This document shows, piece after piece, positions 48,239 through 55,281 of a stretch of DNA of 55,281 nt. The notes beneath the pieces were generated by a model that saw nothing but the letters and a program-made list of their open reading frames with translations, was not told where the DNA came from and did no database searches. Made by a program: the position numbers and the translations under genes. Every line of letters starts with the position of its first letter. The stretch's first letter is position 1. The stretch covers positions 1 through 55,281 of the IMG/VR virus record IMGVR_UViG_3300029309_000053; one strand, given 5' to 3'. This DNA is from a virus. Taxonomy: Duplodnaviria > Caudoviricetes.

Positions 48239-48315
48239 TCCGCGAAGTGGGACTTGAACCCACATGTAACCAGTTACTCTTTCTACAAGGTATAAGCTTG
48301 AGGAGATACTCGCGG
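48239..48315 (-). ncRNA. atypical tRNA-like RNA with a TAT anticodon loop and no canonical D-arm
   Basis: Acceptor stem CCGCGAG/TTCGCGG plus A; T-arm GTGGG-TTCAAGT-CCCAC; CAAG-CTTATAC-CTTG arm; 3 nt upstream of tRNA-Arg. Confidence 0.7.
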
Positions 48316-48397
48316 CTAATCTTCAGACTCACCGTTCCAAGAATCTTCCCAAAACTTAAAATCGGTTTTATTGTACTGACATACTATTTGCTTCCAG

Positions 48398-48688
48398 TCA
48401 TTTAGAGAATCTTTCAGCGAAACCCCCGCTGTAATCTTTTGCTTCTTCGATTCCTCCATTTGTTTGTAAGTCTTTAATCATTTGCTCTAATCGCTGGCGC
48501 TCTACTAGCAATTCCTTGCAATCCGTAGCAGTCTGTTTAATAGACTGTAGCTCTGCCTTTCGTGCACTTCCGTTGATCTCTGGGTCAACAGGTTTCTTTA
48601 TTTCGTCAATCATGTTGTTGATGGCAATCTCCATCGACCTCATTAGACGCTCGGCTGCTTCAATCGTTGTGAACTTCTTCTTCGACAT
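48398..48688 (-). CDS. terminase small subunit (putative)
   Basis: 96-aa helical protein ending GGFAERFSK, upstream of TerL. Confidence 0.6.
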   Translation of the reverse strand: MSKKKFTTIEAAERLMRSMEIAINNMIDEIKKPVDPEINGSARKAELQSIKQTATDCKELLVERQRLEQMIKDLQTNGGIEEAKDYSGGFAERFSK

Positions 48689-49262
48689 ATAGCAGGTCTT
48701 CTGATCGCGTTCTATAATAAGGCTTACCGTCTATGAACAGCTTGTAGTCCATGTTCTTTTTTATGCCGACTACGTCGCCGACTTTCAGCCCCAACTCTTC
48801 AACCCATGGGGCGGTAAAGGCCACGGAAGCCTTGCTAACATCGGCCTTGTCAAGCTTCACTATTTCAATAAGATCACTCTGTTCTTCTGGAGATGATTCT
48901 TCTACGTGCTCCAGAAGCACCCATCCCCCTAGGGGTTTAATCTCTCCAGTGTCTTTACACTTGTGAGCAATGGCTTGATTGTTTACCGTATGATCTGGAT
49001 CGTACCTTACAAGAAAGTGATTATCCAAGCCCGTTAGAGCTTGACCCTCGTTAAGAACAACTAGGTGATGAAAGTAAAGAGTGTCACCTTCTTTCACTCC
49101 AGTTTTGTGACGCAATGGAGAGCAAACTACGGGCCCGTCAGTAACCCTATGCTCAAAGTCGTTGAACTTGGGATCTAGATAAAGTTCGAAACCACTTTCC
49201 GTCTTAATAGTATCCTTAAGTTGTTTTTGCAACTCAACGACAAACAAATCTAATGTTTTCAT
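48660..49262 (-). CDS. co-chaperonin with two GroES-like domains
   Basis: KTESGFEL...GVKEGDTLYF and IKPLGGWVLL...GLKVGDVV...IDGKPYY...EDLL. Confidence 0.7.
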   Translation of the reverse strand: MKTLDLFVVELQKQLKDTIKTESGFELYLDPKFNDFEHRVTDGPVVCSPLRHKTGVKEGDTLYFHHLVVLNEGQALTGLDNHFLVRYDPDHTVNNQAIAHKCKDTGEIKPLGGWVLLEHVEESSPEEQSDLIEIVKLDKADVSKASVAFTAPWVEELGLKVGDVVGIKKNMDYKLFIDGKPYYRTRSEDLLYVEEEVHND

Positions 49263-49269
49263 TACTTAA

Positions 49270-49659
49270 TTAATAGCCGCCACCGCCGCCGCCAGAATAA
49301 CCACCACCGCCGCCAGAAGATCCTGAGGATGGAGCAGAAGGCGCGGGAGGGGATGAGGGGGGAGGCGATGAGGGGGGAGGGGTCTGAGAAGATGACGCAG
49401 GAGAAGAAGGCCCAGAAGGTCTAGATGCCCTACGCTTTTTTATGGTTGAATCCATCTGACCCTTAAGCTGAGCCTGAAGACTCTTAATTCTTTCAGCCAC
49501 ACGGCTGTTTACTGGCGTAAGGCGATCATGAGGTGTTGTGGTGTGTGTGCCCCCAACCATGGCGCCTTTGGATACGTGGACGTGATAAGCTCCTACGTAA
49601 TTTTCTCCGTTGGGAAGAACAAACTCTTCTCCACTCGTGTACAGATTATTAAAGGTCAT
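49270..49659 (-). CDS. His-rich small domain with a Pro/Ser/Gly low-complexity tail
   Basis: YVGAYHVH...MVGGTH....HD.L, then PPPSS repeats and GGGGGYSGGGGGY. Confidence 0.7.
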   Translation of the reverse strand: MTFNNLYTSGEEFVLPNGENYVGAYHVHVSKGAMVGGTHTTTPHDRLTPVNSRVAERIKSLQAQLKGQMDSTIKKRRASRPSGPSSPASSSQTPPPSSPPPSSPPAPSAPSSGSSGGGGGYSGGGGGGY

Positions 49660-49892
49660 TAAAAATTACAATCATATTCAATTATACATGGCATCTCGTC
49701 TACTGATTTCCACAGCACCTGACTTCCGTCCTGTTGCAAATATACGAGATATCTATTGCGGTTGTATCTAATTAAGTGTTCTTCATCCATAACTATGGCG
49801 CTAACCTCTCCGCCTCCTGCTCTCATGCCAACAAAGTAAGCCATGGCGTCTTTGGGATCCCTCCCAATAATTATCTTTCTAATAAGGCCCAT
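49659..49892 (-). CDS. hypothetical phage protein
   Basis: IRKIIIGRDPKDAMAYFVG...LWK...MPCIIEYD; TAATG coupling. Confidence 0.75.
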   Translation of the reverse strand: MGLIRKIIIGRDPKDAMAYFVGMRAGGGEVSAIVMDEEHLIRYNRNRYLVYLQQDGSQVLWKSVDEMPCIIEYDCNF

Positions 49893-49900
49893 ATTAAATT

Positions 49901-50203
49901 TTAGTTCAAAGATATGTCCAATCCGTCAAACAGATCGTCAAAGTCAAGACCCTGCTCTATATCTTTGTTTCGTTTCCAAGTGTCTGTAGCGAAGTCAATC
50001 ATGGTGTGCAACTCTAATTCATCTTGCATATTGTGAGAGTATATTGCCTTCATGTTTGATTTCTCATCATCGTCTTCGATGGGCTCAAGAACGCCCACCA
50101 CAACCATAGACATAACCCTGTCTCTCATTTCATACTTGTCGATTAATAGTTCGAGCTCGATTACCAGCCTATGAACTTCCATCAAAAAATCATCATCCAT
50201 CAT
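49901..50203 (-). CDS. acidic hypothetical protein
   Basis: Start set at MMDDDF (50203), which avoids overlap with the + strand gene. Confidence 0.65.
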   Translation of the reverse strand: MMDDDFLMEVHRLVIELELLIDKYEMRDRVMSMVVVGVLEPIEDDDEKSNMKAIYSHNMQDELELHTMIDFATDTWKRNKDIEQGLDFDDLFDGLDISLN

Positions 50204-50215
50204 AGCTAATAGTTT

Positions 50216-50638
50216 ATGCCAAAAAGCAAAGTTCCCAAGAAGCGGATGTTCCGCGACTTTAGTCGACAAGATAAGAAGTATATTAAAAGGAACGATCTAA
50301 AGAGACTTAAGCAAATGAGGCAGAAAGTTACATCTCAATGGGATGTTTCTTTCTCCGACCTTGAGTTTCTTTTATGGGCTTATGATCTTCAATTCTTTAC
50401 CATAGATTACGCGGCTAAAGACCTAGGGATTAACAAAACAAACCTTTCGAACAGAGTGATATATCCCTTAGTAAAAAAGGGATATATGTATAAACACTTT
50501 GACAAATTAACTCCTTCAGATACTTACGAGGACCACTTATTCAGAGACGAAACTAAGTATAACTACAGGGTTAGATATGCTATAACTCAAAAAGCCAGGC
50601 TTCTTGTTCAGAGATTTTACTCTCTACTCAGCAGCTAA
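50216..50638 (+). CDS. winged-helix (MarR-like) DNA-binding protein
   Basis: SFSDLEFLLW...AAKDLGINKTNLSNRVIYPLVKKGY...YAITQKAR; antisense to the late block. Confidence 0.65.
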   Translation: MPKSKVPKKRMFRDFSRQDKKYIKRNDLKRLKQMRQKVTSQWDVSFSDLEFLLWAYDLQFFTIDYAAKDLGINKTNLSNRVIYPLVKKGYMYKHFDKLTPSDTYEDHLFRDETKYNYRVRYAITQKARLLVQRFYSLLSS

Positions 50639-50645
50639 TCAGGTG

Positions 50646-51080
50646 TCAGTAAGTCACAGATCCAGAAAGTTGTGGCGAAGCGTATCCAGACCTGTTCAAC
50701 GTTCCCGTGACTGAAATGTTATCATTACGACCCCCACTAACTAAACTGTTGAAGCTTAGCCTATCTGTGCTTATTGTTCTAACACCGCCACTTTCTCCGT
50801 CGTCTACAGTGAAGGTGAAGGTATTGCCCGTAGAAGAAATACCGTCTGTGACATTATTTACTTCAGTCGAAACTAAGCTGTAATCGCTCAAAGATCCACT
50901 CCAATCATTTGTATTGTCAATGAATAAAGTAATAACAGTCTGTGTAGGGGTTCCACTAACTCTTATGTTTGGGGTTGTTCCACCGCCGTGAGATGTCTCG
51001 GTCCATGCGGTACCAGATGATACTGGCTTACGGGCTGATGGATTTTGATTAGATTGTATATGTGTCCCTAGTCCTAACAT
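50646..51080 (-). CDS. beta-rich putative structural protein
   Basis: Start set at MLGLG; Ser/Thr/Gly-rich, Ig-like composition. Confidence 0.6.
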   Translation of the reverse strand: MLGLGTHIQSNQNPSARKPVSSGTAWTETSHGGGTTPNIRVSGTPTQTVITLFIDNTNDWSGSLSDYSLVSTEVNNVTDGISSTGNTFTFTVDDGESGGVRTISTDRLSFNSLVSGGRNDNISVTGTLNRSGYASPQLSGSVTY

Positions 51081-51081
51081 G

Positions 51082-51564
51082 TCACAGTGATTTACCAAAA
51101 ATTACTTTATAATACATCTTTCCCTTATCATCTCTACAAGCTTTAAGGCAGCGGCCACGATTAATCCCGTCGTGAACGTAACTAACGTGAACCCAATCAG
51201 GATTGTCCTCATCACCAAACTCCCAAATAAGCTGATCAAACGTGAGATTCTCTCTAATATAATTGAAGATTTTAGAGTTTGATATCCTGCCAAATACATC
51301 GCCATCAAGATCGAGTGCTCTTCCCTCCACATGTTGGCTACGTAAAGAGCCGCCAATCGCGCGGTTGAGATCAGCCGAACGATAGCCTGACGAAACGTAT
51401 ATAGGCCTTCCGAAATGGTTGCGCAAAGGTTGGAAAACATGTTCTGCGATGCTTTTAAGATTTTCAATAACCCATTCATCTTCTGGTTCGTTGTTTATTC
51501 CGAGGCGCTTAGCAGTGTTGCTCCGCAAACATTCGGAAAGGGTTAGATTTTTGGATAGCTTCAT
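51082..51564 (-). CDS. endolysin, peptidase M15 family
   Basis: LSKNLTLSE; SSGYRS..LN..IGG..SQH..G.ALD; WVHVSY zinc-ligand motifs. Confidence 0.85.
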   Translation of the reverse strand: MKLSKNLTLSECLRSNTAKRLGINNEPEDEWVIENLKSIAEHVFQPLRNHFGRPIYVSSGYRSADLNRAIGGSLRSQHVEGRALDLDGDVFGRISNSKIFNYIRENLTFDQLIWEFGDEDNPDWVHVSYVHDGINRGRCLKACRDDKGKMYYKVIFGKSL

Positions 51565-51642
51565 AATCCAGTTAACTAATTTTTACGATTCAAAATTTGG
51601 AGGCAATAGATTTTTCTCCATATAATGAGATCAGCAACAGTT

Positions 51643-51650
51643 CAAATTTA
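51643..51650 (-). promoter_or_regulatory. -7 promoter element TAAATTTG, probably driving the endolysin
   Basis: Consensus in the divergent intergenic region. Confidence 0.45.
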
Positions 51651-51676
51651 CAAAACAAACAATTAAATACTGCACA

Positions 51677-52030
51677 ATGAAAAATGCAATGATGGTGGCA
51701 ACCTTATGCACAATGGCCTCTTTCTCTTCTTTCGGACAATGCACTTCCAATATTATCGTTGAGCCAGTAAACATGTGGGATGACGTTTTCACCTACGAGG
51801 TAAATGAGATCTTCAACGACCAATGCCACTACTTAATCAATCCAGTCAGAGTAGATTTATTCTCATGGGTTGACGTTAAAGAACGAAACTCAACATTCGT
51901 AATCACTGTGACTGATCGCGGAGAAACAATCGACAGGTTCGTTCTTACCCCAGGGACAAATAATAGCGGATGCGCATCTTGGATCCCAGATCGCATCAAC
52001 GGTAATCTAACTACGCTAACTATCGAATAA
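51677..52030 (+). CDS. small secreted protein (signal peptide, no T9SS CTD)
   Basis: MKNAMMVATLCTMASFSSFG|QC...; A-rich leader; own terminator; antisense to flanking genes. Confidence 0.75.
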   Translation: MKNAMMVATLCTMASFSSFGQCTSNIIVEPVNMWDDVFTYEVNEIFNDQCHYLINPVRVDLFSWVDVKERNSTFVITVTDRGETIDRFVLTPGTNNSGCASWIPDRINGNLTTLTIE

Positions 52031-52031
52031 T

Positions 52032-52060
52032 AAAAAAGCCCCGAGAGGGGCTTTTTTTTT
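52032..52060. terminator. bidirectional Rho-independent terminator
   Basis: AAAAAA-GCCCC-GAGA-GGGGC-TTTTTTTTT between convergent genes. Confidence 0.9.
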
Positions 52061-52072
52061 GATCTATATTTT

Positions 52073-53017
52073 TTATCGAAGGTATCCGCCCCCGCCGAAG
52101 TCTCTAGTTCCTCGACTAGTGTTGTACTCTTCGAGAGCCCTGAGAAGTCCTGAGGCGCCCTGCCTTCTTTGAGCCTCACGAAAATCTTGCTCGGCGGTTT
52201 TAGATCTGTAGATGCTGCCACCCATGTACTCTCGACCACCCCTGTTCGCCTTGTCTCTTGCTCTTCTGGATGCTGCTGCATTGAGGGCATCAGCAAGACC
52301 AGGCATACCCTGACCAGCAGAACCCTCTCTCATTTCTTCTACAAAAGCCTTAGCCTGAGCTCCACTCACTGGAAGTCCATCAATATATATCTGAGTAGTT
52401 TCTGCCATTTCTGGTCTCATAACTGGACCGCCGACTTGAGTTTTTCTAGACTTAACGTCGAGTCCTGGGATCTCTCCATGGCTTCCTCCGTGCGCATAAT
52501 CGATAGTACCTCCATCACCGTACTCATTTATGCCGCCAGACTTCATGAGTCTAACGCCACGCATTCTGTAAGGGGCTCCTGCAAGCTCAGGATTGTGAGG
52601 AATACCACCTCCATGCTCCATGCCCATGAAGTTTTTAGCAAGACCCATGAGACCCTGGCCTCCACCCTGACCAAACATTCCTCCAAAGCCACCAGGCCCA
52701 ACAGCGCCTGGAACTTGAGGCATGCCTGGAGTTTGTCCCTGTGCCCCGCCGCCTGTGATCTTATTCTTAAGCATACCACCTACTAACGGGATTGAACCAG
52801 CTGCCCCGCCGAGAGCGTCCTTACCTACCTGGCCGAAGTCAACACCCTTCTTTCCGTCAAATAGCTGGCCAGCTAAACTTTTAAGCCCTCCGCCTACAGC
52901 ACCCAAAATCGCTTTACCTCCAAGGATTTGTTCTCCTGCGTGACTAGGAACTTGCTTTTTTCTTACCATAGGCATGCCGCCCATGGCGTATCTCATCTTA
53001 TTTTTATTCTGATACAT
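52073..53017 (-). CDS. Gly-rich protein with repeated [YM]xxGG motifs, putative virion/ejection protein
   Basis: YAMGG, MEHGG, MKSGG, YGDGG, YAHGG; amphipathic Gly-rich N-terminal half. Confidence 0.7.
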   Translation of the reverse strand: MYQNKNKMRYAMGGMPMVRKKQVPSHAGEQILGGKAILGAVGGGLKSLAGQLFDGKKGVDFGQVGKDALGGAAGSIPLVGGMLKNKITGGGAQGQTPGMPQVPGAVGPGGFGGMFGQGGGQGLMGLAKNFMGMEHGGGIPHNPELAGAPYRMRGVRLMKSGGINEYGDGGTIDYAHGGSHGEIPGLDVKSRKTQVGGPVMRPEMAETTQIYIDGLPVSGAQAKAFVEEMREGSAGQGMPGLADALNAAASRRARDKANRGGREYMGGSIYRSKTAEQDFREAQRRQGASGLLRALEEYNTSRGTRDFGGGGYLR

Positions 53018-53021
53018 GTCG

Positions 53022-53029
53022 CAAATATA
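53022..53029 (-). promoter_or_regulatory. -7 promoter element TATATTTG, 4 nt before the ATG
   Basis: Consensus match. Confidence 0.65.
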
Positions 53030-53033
53030 ACGA

Positions 53034-53492
53034 TTATGACATAGCCGCGAATACCTCCAGCTGAGGTGTACCAGCGGCGGCCCTGGCCATAATCAAATCA
53101 ATAGATCCTCCGAATGAATATGAGCCACCGATGGCCACGGAGGTGCTGGCATCGTTTGCGTCGAAATCAGTGTTATAGAGGACGTACGATTGCCCCGCCG
53201 CTAGATTTATTATGTATTGCTCGGAGTCAGTGTCCTCAATAGAAAGCGTAATTGTGTTTGCGGACGTGGTAGTTAGGTTTGTAAATCTCATGTATTTCAG
53301 CTTGGTGCGGCTAATGGTGCCCGCACCGTCTGCAGATCCAAACTTCAACACCTCAGTATCTGCCCCTGTTCCGATATCCAACACACGGGAGTAAGTCTCT
53401 GTAATACTAGATATTTCGTTAACATTCTCAGATCCACGATGAACACCGTTGATCAAGACGTCTTCTTTTACTGTGATTGTCAATGTAGCCAT
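53034..53492 (-). CDS. beta-sandwich structural protein (distant paralog of 37656-38482)
   Basis: MATLTITVKE...KYMRFTNL...LAAGQSYVL...LEVFAA. Confidence 0.7.
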   Translation of the reverse strand: MATLTITVKEDVLINGVHRGSENVNEISSITETYSRVLDIGTGADTEVLKFGSADGAGTISRTKLKYMRFTNLTTTSANTITLSIEDTDSEQYIINLAAGQSYVLYNTDFDANDASTSVAIGGSYSFGGSIDLIMARAAAGTPQLEVFAAMS

Positions 53493-54487
53493 TATCTAAA
53501 CTTCTTTCTGATTCGGTCCCTCATCTGCATGAGGAATGGGGTGTTGCCACCGTGCTCGTTCGAGACGCGAGGACCATCCATTCTAAATGGGATACCGCTT
53601 CCTGCTGGCATAGCTCCAAGACCTATCGGGTCATCGAACCCTTGCTCACGGCCTGGGCCTACAATCATCTCCATGTTGCCCTTGTCTCGCATGCGCTCAA
53701 GGATGCGCTCATCCAACAATCGCTGCCTTCTGGCCGCCCTCTCTTCTGCTTCAGTAGGCTCAGAGTCTCTGAAATCCTGCATGGCTTCTCTCGCGGCCTG
53801 AACTCTTTCGGCTTCAACAAAGCCAGCGTTGTCCCCTGTTGGGCCAGCCTCACCCCGAACCATCAGCTCTCTAGTCTTGGGGAGGTCATCAAAGGTGGTT
53901 CCTTCGCCCGCATCAAACATCCCTGGCTGCACATCGCTAGGCGGTGCCACACTTCTGCCGAACATGGATGCAAGAGCCGCATTGCTTTGAATCGCCTGCT
54001 CAAGATCATTCATGCGCCCCTCCCTGTACTTCTCTAGGTCAGCATCCAGAACCTCATCCACGAAGTCCTCTTCCCCCTGCTCTATATTAAGACCAAGCGC
54101 AGCAGCTTCCTCTGCATCCTTCATTCTTTTCTTCTTGTCTCTTTTGCTAGGATCAGGAGAATCCTTAGGCAAACCATCCATCAAGTCCTCACGACTCATC
54201 ATCTCCATGTCGAGCTTTGCCTCGGCAATGTCCTGTCCTTCTTTTCTTGCTTTTCTGGTGTCAAGGAACTCACCGAGTGCGTCCTTACCCTTCTCCAAAG
54301 CTCCAGTCTTGGAGGCGATGGCGAGCGCGGCAGCTAAGCCCGCGCCGCCTATACCAGCGGATCTACGATTAGCTTTGTTAACCTCTCGATCTAGTTGCAT
54401 AAGATCACGTCTCTCGCTTGGCGTGAGACTGCCCTTCTTCATCTTTTTCATGAGGGCGCGTCGCATTTTTCTTCTAGCCTTTGACAT
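53492..54487 (-). CDS. hypothetical charged protein with a Gly/Ala hydrophobic segment
   Basis: 331 aa; AGIGGAGLAAALAIA; first gene of the late block. Confidence 0.7.
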   Translation of the reverse strand: MSKARRKMRRALMKKMKKGSLTPSERRDLMQLDREVNKANRRSAGIGGAGLAAALAIASKTGALEKGKDALGEFLDTRKARKEGQDIAEAKLDMEMMSREDLMDGLPKDSPDPSKRDKKKRMKDAEEAAALGLNIEQGEEDFVDEVLDADLEKYREGRMNDLEQAIQSNAALASMFGRSVAPPSDVQPGMFDAGEGTTFDDLPKTRELMVRGEAGPTGDNAGFVEAERVQAAREAMQDFRDSEPTEAEERAARRQRLLDERILERMRDKGNMEMIVGPGREQGFDDPIGLGAMPAGSGIPFRMDGPRVSNEHGGNTPFLMQMRDRIRKKFR

Positions 54488-54491
54488 GCGA

Positions 54492-54499
54492 CAAATATA
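54492..54499 (-). promoter_or_regulatory. -7 promoter element TATATTTG, 4 nt before the ATG
   Basis: Consensus match. Confidence 0.65.
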
Positions 54500-54596
54500 G
54501 CTCTATTTTTTTTAGAAGAGAACGTTATTAACGCCTACATCTGAAATAAATACAGCTATCCCGTATTTAACATTGATATGAGAACCGTATCTGTGT

Positions 54597-55234
54597 GGAT
54601 GCCCCTAAGCATCCCACCAAATCACTGCTTAATTCTCATGATCGCAAAGTTATAACAGAAAATTTGAAAAGTCAACCCTAAAGAATGGCTTTAAGGTAGA
54701 CCGCATAATAGATTGAAATAGCATTAGTTAGCGGATTTGATGCGAAATCCGCATGGATCGTAAAAAATTCTGGGAGTAATGTTTATAGTGGGGATTATAT
54801 GTCTACGCGTGAAGGACTTCCACCGACAGAAAACGAGTTTTCTGACCCCCCTCCCCTCGACAGACCCTTCGGGTCTGAGGTAGCTTTTGGTCTACCTCCC
54901 TACAGCTCAGCTCTTTAGAGCTGAAGCCTTAAAGCATAGCTTTAAGTAGCATCGATTCCGACGAAGTAGCGCGTTGTCCTGAGCATAATGCGCTGACAAT
55001 CACACCCTTCGAATCCTTGGCTTGGAGTATTACTCCAATACGACTGGACATTGAAGCTATGGTTCAACTCGGAAACTCTAATACCCTTGGTATTAGGCAG
55101 TTGGTTTGAAGACGGCAAAATCGGTGGGGTCGGCTTTGGCGGAGCGGTGCACAGCGCCGTAGTGCGCGGAGTCAACTTGTTGACTTCCTGTGACTACCGA
55201 GGTTTGGCTTCAACCATTACTCTACTTCGTAGAG
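54597..55234. repeat. non-coding cluster of at least nine short inverted repeats
   Basis: Stems at 54597-54614, 54731-54752, 54861-54877, 54877-54898, 54908-54923, 54928-54946, 55022-55038, 55170-55185 and 55220-55234. Confidence 0.75.
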
Positions 55235-55281
55235 GAATGAGTCGGTGGGGAAGTAGAGTTGTAGAGAAGTAAGAGAGAGGA

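Larger units (their letters stand above)
1..55281. mobile_element. Bacteroidota-infecting tailed phage (podovirus-like), partial or near-complete genome
   Basis: TerL, portal, capsid, tail, ejection, lysis and replication genes in two convergent blocks; TAnnTTTG promoters; no host housekeeping genes. Confidence 0.95.

Noticed and set aside
48091-48405. 104-aa + strand ORF
   Set aside because: It is the antisense reading of the two tRNA-type genes.
11866-54500. Numerous + strand ORFs opposite the structural genes (e.g. 17655-18347, 44682-45362, 52169-52786)
   Set aside because: Shadow ORFs of long - strand genes, without leaders or motifs; only 50216-50638 and 51677-52030 occupy real gaps.
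54942-55272. ORFs 54942-55175 (-) and 55051-55272 (+)
   Set aside because: TTG starts, mutual overlap, no protein-like features, and they lie in the palindrome cluster.
1-55281. Stop-codon reassignment as in some crAss-like phages
   Set aside because: Genes tile densely under code 11 with long intact ORFs and coupled overlaps.
1-55281. CRISPR array, DGR/retron, integrase, intron or intein
   Set aside because: No repeat-spacer periodicity, reverse-transcriptase, recombinase, homing-endonuclease or intein motifs recognised by eye.

Overview
The window is most of a tailed dsDNA phage genome with a podovirus-like gene order. Its host is inferred to be a Bacteroidota bacterium, probably a marine Flavobacteriales. 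Evidence for the host: many TAnnTTTG (-7) promoters, AT-rich leaders, signal peptides followed by Gln, and type IX secretion (T9SS) sorting domains. The + strand (60-7528) carries small early genes and a recombination/replication module: DnaA-domain-IV-like HTH, ssDNA-annealing protein, RecE-like exonuclease, SSB, DUF1599/Nmad1, primase-helicase and T7-endoI-like resolvase. No DNA polymerase, integrase or RNA polymerase is recognisable. The - strand (10563-54487) carries holins, three ejection proteins (including a ~2,880-aa polyvalent protein), tail, capsid, scaffold, fibres, portal, TerL/TerS, a double GroES, an M15 endolysin, tRNA-Arg(UCU) and an aberrant tRNA-like RNA. The most striking element is a separately promoted two-gene cassette (7636-10562) of apparent T9SS cargo: a pappalysin-type M43 metalloprotease with a type A CTD and a Cys-rich protein with a type B CTD. 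A third signal-peptide protein lies at 51677-52030. Other oddities: a tRNA-like RNA with a UAU anticodon and a displaced D-arm, a stand-alone 44-aa peptide resembling the RNR C-terminal CxxC arm, a T10 frameshift at the start of the giant protein, a candidate ~70-nt sRNA, likely leaderless transcripts, recurring [YMF]xxGG motifs, and a palindrome-dense right end. All family assignments come from motif recognition by eye; no searches were run.
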